Source: Patescibacteria group bacterium (GTDB lineage Bacteria > Patescibacteriota > JABMPQ01 > JAQVVF01). From it: DNA of 64,000 nucleotides. The stretch is taken from positions 76,333 through 140,332 of the forward strand of contig JBAZSC010000003.1 in NCBI GenBank assembly GCA_041662665.1. Direction: 5' to 3'. The notes beneath the pieces were generated by a model, which was given only the letters and a program-made list of their open reading frames with translations, searched no databases and was not told where the DNA came from. The position numbers and the translations under genes were made by a program. Of the stretch, positions 43,906-53,236 are shown in pieces (position 1 is the first letter of the stretch; every line of letters starts with the position of its first letter).

Positions 43906-46860
43906 ATGAAAAAAATATTTGTATTTGGAGCAGTATTTATTGCTTTAATTTTGTTTTGTTTTTTTAATTTCATACCTATTAAAAATGTATTGGCTTCGGA
44001 ATCATGGAAAGCAATGGATGGTGGTACAAACAATGAAATAACTTCTTTTGCTGTTTATAATAACGAATTGTACGTTGGAGGAAGTTTTACAGAAGTTGGT
44101 GGAATTAGTGCAGATTATATTGCCAAATGGAATGGTTCAACTTGGAGTGATGTAGGGGGTGGAACGGATAGTGATGTTTTAGCAATGGCTGTTTATAATG
44201 GCGAACTTTACGTAGGTGGTTATTTTTCAGTGGTAGGAAGTGTTAGTGCTAATTATATAGCAAAATGGGATGGCAACACTTGGAGCGCTATTGGTACTGA
44301 ATCGATGGATAGCAATGTGTATGCTCTTACAGTGTTCAATAATAAACTTTATGTAGGCGGAGATTTTACTACAATTGATGGGGTAAATCCTGTATTATAT
44401 ATTGCATATTGGGATGGTAATACTTGGAGTGCTGTTGGAGCTGGAGTAGACTATGATATTTATGTTTTGGCTGTATATAATAATGAGTTGTATGCTGGAG
44501 GAGATTTTTTGAATGCTGGTGGGGCTAGCGCAAATTATATTGCAAAATGGGATGGTAATACTTGGAGTGCTATTGGTACTGGAACTGATAATACAGTTTA
44601 TACAATGGCAGAATATGATGGAGAACTTTATGTAGGCGGGAGATTTGATACAGCTGGTGGAGTGAGTGCCGCAAAAATTGCAAAGTGGGATGGCAATACT
44701 TGGAGTGTTGTTAGTACTGGTTTTGACAACACTGTACTAGTGCTTTCTGTTTATAATAATAAGCTTTATGCAGGAGGATATTTTAAAAATGCTGGTGGTG
44801 CTAATGCTAATTATGTTGCAAAATGGGATGGTGATGCTTGGAGCGGAGTCGGAACAGGTATGAATAGCTACATAAATGCATTTGTTATTTTTAACAATGC
44901 TTTATATGCTGGAGGTAATTTTGAGTTTATTAATGTTTTAAAAGCTGATTTTGTTGCAAAATGGGATAGTGATACTGCTGATTGGAGCTCAGTTGGTACA
45001 GGTATGAATGGTGCTATATATGATTTTGTTGTATATAATGCTGAGCTTTATGCAGCTGGTACTTTTTCTAATGCTGGAGGCGTAGTTGCACATTATATTG
45101 CAAAATGGGATGGTAATACGTGGACTGCATTGGCTTCAGAGGTAAATAACATTGTTTATACGTTAGTTGTTTATAATAACGAGCTTTACGCTGGTGGATA
45201 TTTTACCCAAGCTGGTGGGGGTAGCGCAAATTATATTGCAAAATGGGATGGAAATTCTTGGAGTGCACTTGGAACAGGAATGAATCAATATGTATACACA
45301 ATGGCTGTTTATAATGACGAGCTTTATGCTGGTGGAACTTTTGCTACCGCTGGCGGAGTTAGTGTTAACTATATTGCAAAATGGGATGGTAATGCTTGGA
45401 GTGCGCTTGGAACAGGAATGAACAGTTATGGTTTCGTAAATACTTTGGCAGTTTATAATAGTGAACTTTATGCAGGAGGAAATTTTACTACTGCAGGCGG
45501 TATTAGTGCTTTGCGTATTGCAAAATGGGACGGTGATTCCTGGAGCGCACTTGGAGTCGCGGGTACTGGGATGAATTCTTCTGTTGGTGCTTTAATCGTT
45601 CATAACAATGAACTTTATATTGGAGGTTATTTTACTACCGCTGGAACTGTTAATCCAGCTAATCGTATTGTGAAATGGGATGGTAATAATTGGTTTGCTT
45701 TAGGAAGCGGGGTAGAAGGACAAGGCGGTGCTGGGGTATCTAATCTTGATATCTATAATGATCAACTTTATGTAGCAGGAAATTTTACTTCTGCAGGTGG
45801 TATTGATGCATTTCGTATTGCAAAATGGGACGGTAATTCCTGGAGCGCAGTTGGAAATGGAGCAACTGATAGTGTGGCAGCAATGACTGATTACGATGGA
45901 GAGCTTTATGTTGGTGGTTTGTTTTACTATGTTGATGGTGAATCGGTACTACATATTGCATATACTGATAGTATTGTCCCAGTTACGACTGCTACTCCAG
46001 CAGGTGGAACTTATGATGATTCTGTGTCAGTAACTTTGGCATCCGATGAGACAGCAACAACTTATTATACTATTGATGGGTCTACTCCAAGCACATCTTC
46101 TTTAGTTTATTCTGATCCAATTGTGATTTCTCAAGATACAACGCTTAAATTTTTTTCTGCAGATTCCTTTGGTAATGAAGAAGTTGTGAAAACAGAGAAT
46201 TATGTTATAAATATAACACCAACTCCTACTCCAGAGCCGACTCCTACACCAACGCCAACAATATTATTTAATGAAAAAATAAATTTAAAGAATATTACAT
46301 TAAATACTATTTATCGAAGCCCAATTGATAATGCTGATCTTTTATTTTATAGGTTGCCTAAACAAGGATCGATAAAAGATTTGTATATAAAATTGATTCG
46401 AAATAAAACAAAATATATTAATGGTTTTACAAAAAAGAATAGTCATCCAGGTTATTTAAAGTTGTTATCAAATATAGGTACAGTTGACAAAGCATATTAC
46501 AATAAAGTTGATAAGCATATTAAATTTAGAATTTCAATTCGTTATTCAAAAAATAAATTAAACAAAGCAAATATCAAAGAAAAAGATTTGAGACTATTTA
46601 TAAAAGATAGAGATAATAATTGGCGAGGACCATTTACGATATATCAAAATAGAACTACTCATATAATAAAATTTAAGATCAGAAATTATTTGGTTAAAAT
46701 TCCAAATACAGCTACTTTGGCAAATGAAAATAGGACTTTTGCTCCATGTTTTTATTTTAAGACAATTGAAAAAATAAAATTTGTGATTGCGAAGAAAAAT
46801 GCATTGTCTAAATTAAGCAAGCTTGAGACTGTAGAAGATAAAAATTTGATTTTTGAATAG
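43906..46860 (+). CDS. Giant secreted modular protein: signal peptide, ~17 'YIAKWDGNTWS…NELYAGG.F..AGG' beta-propeller repeats, CHB_HEX_C-like domain, (PT)n linker, Lys-rich C-terminal domain
   Basis: Repeats of about 50 aa; 'TTYYTIDGSTPSTSS…TLKFFSADSFGN'; 'PTPTPEPTPTPTPT'; basic C-terminal domain of about 200 aa. Confidence 0.7.
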   Translation: MKKIFVFGAVFIALILFCFFNFIPIKNVLASESWKAMDGGTNNEITSFAVYNNELYVGGSFTEVGGISADYIAKWNGSTWSDVGGGTDSDVLAMAVYNGELYVGGYFSVVGSVSANYIAKWDGNTWSAIGTESMDSNVYALTVFNNKLYVGGDFTTIDGVNPVLYIAYWDGNTWSAVGAGVDYDIYVLAVYNNELYAGGDFLNAGGASANYIAKWDGNTWSAIGTGTDNTVYTMAEYDGELYVGGRFDTAGGVSAAKIAKWDGNTWSVVSTGFDNTVLVLSVYNNKLYAGGYFKNAGGANANYVAKWDGDAWSGVGTGMNSYINAFVIFNNALYAGGNFEFINVLKADFVAKWDSDTADWSSVGTGMNGAIYDFVVYNAELYAAGTFSNAGGVVAHYIAKWDGNTWTALASEVNNIVYTLVVYNNELYAGGYFTQAGGGSANYIAKWDGNSWSALGTGMNQYVYTMAVYNDELYAGGTFATAGGVSVNYIAKWDGNAWSALGTGMNSYGFVNTLAVYNSELYAGGNFTTAGGISALRIAKWDGDSWSALGVAGTGMNSSVGALIVHNNELYIGGYFTTAGTVNPANRIVKWDGNNWFALGSGVEGQGGAGVSNLDIYNDQLYVAGNFTSAGGIDAFRIAKWDGNSWSAVGNGATDSVAAMTDYDGELYVGGLFYYVDGESVLHIAYTDSIVPVTTATPAGGTYDDSVSVTLASDETATTYYTIDGSTPSTSSLVYSDPIVISQDTTLKFFSADSFGNEEVVKTENYVINITPTPTPEPTPTPTPTILFNEKINLKNITLNTIYRSPIDNADLLFYRLPKQGSIKDLYIKLIRNKTKYINGFTKKNSHPGYLKLLSNIGTVDKAYYNKVDKHIKFRISIRYSKNKLNKANIKEKDLRLFIKDRDNNWRGPFTIYQNRTTHIIKFKIRNYLVKIPNTATLANENRTFAPCFYFKTIEKIKFVIAKKNALSKLSKLETVEDKNLIFE

Positions 46861-46950
46861 ATTATCATTCGTTTTATTTTTGATTTTTAGATTATTTTGT
46901 TATATATTTTAAGTAGGATGTTCTTTCCTAAAGAGGAGGAGGGAGACGAA

Positions 46951-47550
46951 ATGGATCAACAAGTTGGACTTTGTGTTGGAGATTTACATAGAATCATCAA
47001 AACAAGAAAAGAAAATATTGAGCAACGAGACAGAATTTTGAAAGAAAAAGAAGAGGCAGAAAGACTAGAAAGTGTTAGATTGCATGAAGAATTGAAAGCA
47101 AGAAGCATGCATTTCCTTGGTGACTTTTTTGTAAAAGCATTAGATGCGATTTTGTTAAGAGCTGCTAGAGCTGGAAAAATGGAAGTTGAAATGTTTGGAT
47201 GCGGTGGACTTAAAACTTCGCTAGGATATTATTTCCATACTAGTAGTGAAACGGAAATTGGAGTTTTTAAGGAAACCTGGAAAGACGTAGTAGTTCTTAG
47301 AAGTGGTTCTTGTTGTGTGTATCTTTTTGGTGATGGCGGATATGTATCTGAGGATCGTTTTTTGTTCGATATATCTCTGCCTAGATTTGCTGGTTCTACT
47401 GGATATCTTTTTCCTGGGTATCCTAATGAGGCATGCTATTGGACGACTTTGAAATGTTTTATGAGATCTGATGCAAGTGAAGCATTCAGAGATCTAGTGA
47501 ATGCAAAGGGTTTGACTTTGTCTAAAAATTTTTGCACTATAAGTTGGTAA
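46951..47550 (+). CDS. Hypothetical protein (200 aa), high-GC strong-SD orphan cassette
   Basis: SD AAGAGGAGGAGGGAG; own terminator 47549-47570. Confidence 0.4.
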   Translation: MDQQVGLCVGDLHRIIKTRKENIEQRDRILKEKEEAERLESVRLHEELKARSMHFLGDFFVKALDAILLRAARAGKMEVEMFGCGGLKTSLGYYFHTSSETEIGVFKETWKDVVVLRSGSCCVYLFGDGGYVSEDRFLFDISLPRFAGSTGYLFPGYPNEACYWTTLKCFMRSDASEAFRDLVNAKGLTLSKNFCTISW

Positions 47551-47675
47551 TCGCATAAGCGATTTTTTTTGACTTAAATTTTATTTATTCTCAAACAATA
47601 TGGTTTCTATTGATTCGATTGGTTATCTGTGATATTATTTTTTTGGACTAGAAAACAGAAGAAGAGGAGGACGGC

Positions 47676-48083
47676 ATGCTGTTTTTGAGACTTTTGATGG
47701 GTAAAGATTTAGCAGACTTGACTAATGGCGAAAGTTATATTGTTGGATTGGAGATTGCTTGTTCTAAGGGAGATTTGAGTGCGGTTGAAGAAAGCTGGGT
47801 TCTTAGACTAAAGAAAGAGATTGAAACGTACGCTGAATGCCAGCTTGGATATTTGAATGAAGATGATCCGACTCTTGATGATATCGGAAGATCTTCATTT
47901 GAAATGTCTGGATTTACGGATAAAGATTGTATTTTTGGAAAGTCGAAAAAAAGTAGAGAAGTTCTTTTATCTGTTTTTAGTGAGCACTTTGACAAGAATC
48001 ATATTAAAGGTATTGCTGCTGATGCGATTAGTGATTACAATGTATCAATGATGGGACAATGGTATATCGAACATTTGACATGA
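47676..48083 (+). CDS. Hypothetical protein (135 aa), high-GC strong-SD orphan cassette
   Basis: SD GAAGAGGAGGACGG; own terminator 48081-48104. Confidence 0.4.
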   Translation: MLFLRLLMGKDLADLTNGESYIVGLEIACSKGDLSAVEESWVLRLKKEIETYAECQLGYLNEDDPTLDDIGRSSFEMSGFTDKDCIFGKSKKSREVLLSVFSEHFDKNHIKGIAADAISDYNVSMMGQWYIEHLT

Positions 48084-48143
48084 CCTATTTCGGGTCTTTT
48101 TTTATTTTTTGACTTGAGTCTTTTTTTGTAGTATATTTGAGTC

Positions 48144-49751
48144 ATGAAAATACTTTTAGCAGGCGGAGGAACAGGTGGGCATATTATGCCTATTTTGGCT
48201 GTAGTAAAGCAAATTGTAAGATTAAATCTCGAAGCCCAATTTTTGTGGATTGGAACAAAAAAAGGTCCGGAAGCCAAAATTGCACGTGAGAATAAAATTG
48301 AATTTAAAGCTGTCTTAGCTGGAAAAATGAGACGGTATGTTTCGTTTTGGAATTTTGTTGATATGGTTAAATTGCCTCTTGGTGTTGTACAAGCTTATTT
48401 TAAAGTAAAAAAATTCAAGCCTGATGTTTGTTTCAGCAAAGGCGGATATGTCAGTGTGCCAACTGTTATAGTTTGCAATCATTTTAAAATTCCAGTTTTG
48501 TTGCATGAATCAGATGTGATTGCTGGCAAGGCAAATTTGTTTATGGCAAAATATGCAAGTAAAATTGCATTAGGATTTGAAGAAGGAAAAAATAGTTTTA
48601 AAGATTTTTCTGACAAAATAATCATTACAGGCAATCCTGTTCGCGAGGAAATTTTATTAGCAAAAAAAGAAGATGGCATTAAAGATTTAAATTTAAATAA
48701 TAAAAAACCTGTATTATTAATAATTGGTGGAAGCCAAGGAGCGCAAAAAATTAATGATTTGATTGGCTTAGTTCTCCATAAATTATTAGAAAAATGGCAG
48801 ATTATTCATGTTGTTGGGCCATCACATGGCAATCAGATTTTAGGTAATGTAAAAGCATTAGAAAATGATTATCATATATTCCAATTTTTGGATGGCAAGA
48901 AAATGGGCGAGGCATTGTCAGTTTCTGATTTAATTATTTCTCGAGCTGGAGCAAATAGCTTGGCTGAAATTTCAGCATTAGGCAAGCCAGCAATTTTGAT
49001 TCCTTATCCTTTTGCATCATCTGATCATCAAAAAGCTAATGCAGAAATTTATGCAAAAAATAATGCAGCTGTAATTATAAACGAAAAAGATTTGACTTCA
49101 GAAAAATTATTGACTGATATAACAAGTTTGCAAGCTGATAAAGAAAAATTAGAAACAATGCATTTGGCAATGCTTAAGATGTTCAATAAAGATGCAAATA
49201 ATAAATTAGCAACTGAAATTTTAGGTCTAGCAAAATCAAAAAATGTTTTTGCAAAGAAAAATAAAAAAATATTAGTATTTGTTGAAGGTACGATTTTGAT
49301 GCACAAAAAAGGTTTAGGCGAAAGTCAAGAAAAAATTGTTTTGCAAGTTAAAAATAATGAGCCATCTGTGAAAGACTTTGCTAATTATATTATGATTGGT
49401 CACGCAAATGAAAAGCTAAAAAAATGGCAAGAACAAGGTGCAAAAATTTTATATTTAACTTCAAGAATTTCAATGGATGAAGTGTCGCAGATTGGCGAGG
49501 TTTTGGCAAAAAATAATTTTCCAGAAGGTGATTTATATTATCGAAAAGAAAATCAAAAATATAATAATATTATAGAATATGTAAAGCCTGATATTTTGAT
49601 TGAAGATGATTGTGAGAGTAACGGAGGTCAGAAAGAGATGGCGATTACATTAGTTAAGCCAGAAATAAAGAATAGTATTAAGTCAATTGTTGTTAAAGAA
49701 TTTCAGGGAATTGATAGTTTGTCGGACGATGTTAAATTGTTGAATGGTTAA
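48144..49751 (+). CDS. murG: MurG glycosyltransferase fused to a ~170-aa C-terminal extension domain
   Basis: GT28 motifs (GGGTGGH, 'IGGSQGA'); typical MurG is about 360 aa but this ORF is 535 aa; TTGACT-N17-TATATT promoter ends 6 nt before the ATG. Confidence 0.8.
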   Translation: MKILLAGGGTGGHIMPILAVVKQIVRLNLEAQFLWIGTKKGPEAKIARENKIEFKAVLAGKMRRYVSFWNFVDMVKLPLGVVQAYFKVKKFKPDVCFSKGGYVSVPTVIVCNHFKIPVLLHESDVIAGKANLFMAKYASKIALGFEEGKNSFKDFSDKIIITGNPVREEILLAKKEDGIKDLNLNNKKPVLLIIGGSQGAQKINDLIGLVLHKLLEKWQIIHVVGPSHGNQILGNVKALENDYHIFQFLDGKKMGEALSVSDLIISRAGANSLAEISALGKPAILIPYPFASSDHQKANAEIYAKNNAAVIINEKDLTSEKLLTDITSLQADKEKLETMHLAMLKMFNKDANNKLATEILGLAKSKNVFAKKNKKILVFVEGTILMHKKGLGESQEKIVLQVKNNEPSVKDFANYIMIGHANEKLKKWQEQGAKILYLTSRISMDEVSQIGEVLAKNNFPEGDLYYRKENQKYNNIIEYVKPDILIEDDCESNGGQKEMAITLVKPEIKNSIKSIVVKEFQGIDSLSDDVKLLNG

Positions 49752-49823
49752 ATTGTTGCTAAACTGTTAGTTTTTAAAATTTGGGAAATAAAAAAATCCA
49801 CATTAGTAGTGGATGAAAATGAA

Positions 49824-50069
49824 CTATTCTTTTTCTGTTGGAACGAACTGAAGTTGTTCTCCTGAATCAGGATCTGGCAAACAGATTTTGATTTTTGTAG
49901 GAGTCGCGTATGTACCTTCTGGATCATTGACGCCTTGCATCACACCTTGAATTTCCGTAAGTGACCATTTGGGAGGACATTTTCTTTCTTCAGAATGTTT
50001 GACAATTTCTTGATTTGAGGCACATCCGAGCAATATGATTGATGCAACAACAAGAATTGTTCTTCTCAC
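49824..50069 (-). CDS. Small lipoprotein (lipobox LLGC)
   Basis: GTG start preceded by AAAGGAGGGAAAAG; signal 'MRRTILVVASIILLGCAS'. Confidence 0.45.
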   Translation of the reverse strand: MRRTILVVASIILLGCASNQEIVKHSEERKCPPKWSLTEIQGVMQGVNDPEGTYATPTKIKICLPDPDSGEQLQFVPTEKE

Positions 50070-50118
50070 TTTTCCCTCCTTTGTGGACGGTTTATTAGTA
50101 TAATAGAAATGTTATCTT

Positions 50119-51384
50119 ATGTCAATAAATTTACAAAAATTTAAAAAAGTATATTTTATTGGTATTGGTGGAATTGGTGTTTCTGCTGTTGCTAGAATTT
50201 TTTTGCAAAAAAATATTGAAGTTGTTGGATCTGATCTGGTTGAAAGTGTTGTGACAAAAGATTTAATTAAAAAAGGAGCAAAGATTTTTGTTGGCAAACA
50301 TGATGCAAAGAATTTGCCTGATGATGTTGATTTAGTTGTGCATACTGTTGCTGCAACATCCGATAATCCAGAATTAGTTAAGGCAAAGAAGTCGGGAATT
50401 AAGACGATGAGCTATCCTGAAGTTTTGGGTGAATTAACAAAAAATAAATATTTGATTGCAGTTTCTGGAACACATGGAAAGACAACAACAACAGCGATGA
50501 TTGGATTAATGTTAGTTGACGCTGGTCTTGATCCAACTGTGATTGTTGGATCTAACATTAAAGAATTTGATGGCAATGCAAGATTAGGAAAAAGCGATTA
50601 TTATGTTATTGAGGCAGATGAATATCGCCGAGCATTTTTAAATTATAAGCCAAAAATTGCAGTGGTATTAAATATTGAATTTGATCATCCGGATTGTTAT
50701 AAAGATTTAGATGATGTAAAAGATGCATTTAATCTTTTTATTGCTAGGGCAGATTATATTGTTGATCATCCAGAAAATTTGATGAATGATTTGAATTTAA
50801 AATTAAAAGTTCCAGGAAAAGGTTTTTTACTTGATGCTCTTGCTGCTCGAGAAGTTGGCAGAATTCTGGAAATTGATGATAAAATTATTAAAGAGAGCTT
50901 GGAAAATTATCAAGGATCTTGGCGGAGATTTGAAATAAAAGGAGAGATTAATGGAGTAATTGTCGTTGATGATTATGCTCATCATCCAACAGAAGTAAAA
51001 TCAACTTTGCAGGCAGCGAAAGAAAAATATCCTGATAAAAATATTGTTTGTGTTTTTCAACCGCATCATCAAGATAGATTTAATGCTTTGTTTGATGAAT
51101 TTGTCGGTGCTTTTAATGATTGTGATAGAGTGATTTTGACTGATGTGTATCATGTGGCTGGAAGAGAAGAAAACAGAAAACAGAAAACAGGAAACAGGAA
51201 AACTTCTGAGGATTTAGCAAAGAAAATTGGTCAAAAGGTAATCTATGTTGGTGGACTTGATGAAGCCTTTGAATGGCTGAAAAAAAATGTTAAACCTGGT
51301 GATGTGGTACTTACTATGGGAGCAGGGACAATAACAGAGGTAAGTGATAAATTGATTAAAAATTTAAAATTAAAAAATAAATAA
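50119..51384 (+). CDS. murC: UDP-N-acetylmuramate--L-alanine ligase
   Basis: 'YFIGIGGIGVSAVA', 'GTHGKTTTT'; contains the low-complexity insert at 51164-51204. Confidence 0.85.
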   Translation: MSINLQKFKKVYFIGIGGIGVSAVARIFLQKNIEVVGSDLVESVVTKDLIKKGAKIFVGKHDAKNLPDDVDLVVHTVAATSDNPELVKAKKSGIKTMSYPEVLGELTKNKYLIAVSGTHGKTTTTAMIGLMLVDAGLDPTVIVGSNIKEFDGNARLGKSDYYVIEADEYRRAFLNYKPKIAVVLNIEFDHPDCYKDLDDVKDAFNLFIARADYIVDHPENLMNDLNLKLKVPGKGFLLDALAAREVGRILEIDDKIIKESLENYQGSWRRFEIKGEINGVIVVDDYAHHPTEVKSTLQAAKEKYPDKNIVCVFQPHHQDRFNALFDEFVGAFNDCDRVILTDVYHVAGREENRKQKTGNRKTSEDLAKKIGQKVIYVGGLDEAFEWLKKNVKPGDVVLTMGAGTITEVSDKLIKNLKLKNK

Positions 51385-51391
51385 AAATAAA

Positions 51392-53218
51392 ATGAAAAAA
51401 CTATTTAGTTTGGGAGCGGTTTGTGGTGTGCTGGTATTTTTACTATTGGGACTAAATGTAAATGCAGCGACAATTCAGAATTATTTGAATGATTGGCAAT
51501 TTGATTTTGAGGCTTATGGTGATACGCGGACAGGTGATACTGCGCATCAAGAAGTGGTCAATCAAATGGTGCCATTAAATTCCGATTTCGTGCTGCACGT
51601 TGGAGATTTGGTCAATAGCGCTTCTTCATTACCTGAGTGGCAGACTTTTTTCAGTATCACAGCTAATTTAATGAATAAACCAATCAAAAATGGTTTGACT
51701 AGAAATTTCTATCCTGCAGTTGGTAATCATGAAGTGCCGGTGGCTGATTATCAAGCACAATTTAATAATATTCCGACTTATTATTCGTTTGATTATTTTG
51801 GTTGGCATTTTATATCGATTGATAATTATGAAGATTTTGCTACCGGCAGTACGCAGTATAATTGGCTAGTCAATGATTTGAGTGCTAATCAAAATAAAGA
51901 AATAATAGTTTGGTTTCATGAGCCGGCTTATAGCTCTGGTCATCATGGACCGAATGCTACTGTGCATGACTATTTGATTCCTTTATTTGAACAATATGGA
52001 GTAGCTGTTGTTTTCAATGGTCATGATCATATTTATGAACGAACTTATCCGATTTATCAAAATGCAGTTAATTATAATAATGGAATTGTTTATGTTGTGA
52101 CTGGTGGTGGGGGAGCACCATTGGGTAATTTTACAACTGGAAATTGGTGGACAGCGGCTGGAGGAAGTGAGTACGAATTTGTTTATTTACAAGCAACAAG
52201 TTCAAAGCTTTATGCTAATGTAGTAAATAATAATGGCACGCAGATAGATAATTTTACAGTTGATTTGAGAAAAAATAGCAAATATTTAATGACTTCTCTG
52301 GAACAGGATGGTCGAAAAAATATTAAGAAATTTAATACTTCAGGAAGTTTATTGAGTGATGGTTTTAAAGCTTATTCTAAAAAGGCTAAAAACGATGGAG
52401 TGAGAATCGCCAGCGGGGATGTAAATATGGATGGCAATGATGAATTAATTGTTGGTTCGGGTTCTAATTCTAAATCTTGGGTTAAAGTTTTTGATATAAA
52501 TGGAAATTTGTTGAAAAAAATTTATCCTTTTAAGAAAGATTATTTAGGAGGTGTTGATGTGGCAGCTGGTGATGTTAATGGTGATAATATTTCGGAAATT
52601 GCAGTGTCAAAATTTACAGGAGAAAGTTCAAAGGTTAAAATTTTTAAATATCTTGATAAATCAGTAATTTTTGATAGAATTATTTATCCAAAACTCGAGT
52701 CCGCAGTAGCCATAACTTTAGGTGATGTCGATAATGATTGGACTGATGAATTGATTACTGGGACAGGAACAGGTGTAAGATCAAAAATTAGATTTTATAA
52801 TATTCTGACGACTAATAAAAAGGGTTCGAAGATTGATAAAGAAATTAAACCGTTCAAGAAAGATATTGTGGATGGTTTAGATGTTGCTTGTGGCGATATA
52901 AATAATGATGGTAATTTGGATATCGGTGTATCAAAATTAGCTGGTGATAAAGGTAAGGTCAAGGTTTTTGAATATAGCACCAAAGATTTAATTGAGGAGA
53001 TTAATGTTTTTCGTAAGGAGCATGTAAGTGGAGCCAATCTAGAGATGTTCGATGTTAATTCTGATGGCAAAGCCGAAGTAATTGCTAGCCAAAGATTAGC
53101 AGAAGATAGTCGGCCAACAGTTAAGATTTATGATAATAATAAAAGTTTATTAGAAAAGTTTTCTGCTTATAGTAAAAAAACTAGTGGAGGAGTAGTGGTA
53201 GTAGGTGTAAATTATTAA
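51392..53218 (+). CDS. Secreted calcineurin-like metallophosphoesterase fused to C-terminal FG-GAP/VCBS repeats
   Basis: Signal peptide; 'LHVGDLVN', 'GNHE', 'GHDHIYER'; four 'GDVNxDxxxEI' FG-GAP-type repeats. Confidence 0.65.
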   Translation: MKKLFSLGAVCGVLVFLLLGLNVNAATIQNYLNDWQFDFEAYGDTRTGDTAHQEVVNQMVPLNSDFVLHVGDLVNSASSLPEWQTFFSITANLMNKPIKNGLTRNFYPAVGNHEVPVADYQAQFNNIPTYYSFDYFGWHFISIDNYEDFATGSTQYNWLVNDLSANQNKEIIVWFHEPAYSSGHHGPNATVHDYLIPLFEQYGVAVVFNGHDHIYERTYPIYQNAVNYNNGIVYVVTGGGGAPLGNFTTGNWWTAAGGSEYEFVYLQATSSKLYANVVNNNGTQIDNFTVDLRKNSKYLMTSLEQDGRKNIKKFNTSGSLLSDGFKAYSKKAKNDGVRIASGDVNMDGNDELIVGSGSNSKSWVKVFDINGNLLKKIYPFKKDYLGGVDVAAGDVNGDNISEIAVSKFTGESSKVKIFKYLDKSVIFDRIIYPKLESAVAITLGDVDNDWTDELITGTGTGVRSKIRFYNILTTNKKGSKIDKEIKPFKKDIVDGLDVACGDINNDGNLDIGVSKLAGDKGKVKVFEYSTKDLIEEINVFRKEHVSGANLEMFDVNSDGKAEVIASQRLAEDSRPTVKIYDNNKSLLEKFSAYSKKTSGGVVVVGVNY

Positions 53219-53236
53219 ATTTTCAGAAAATAGGTT

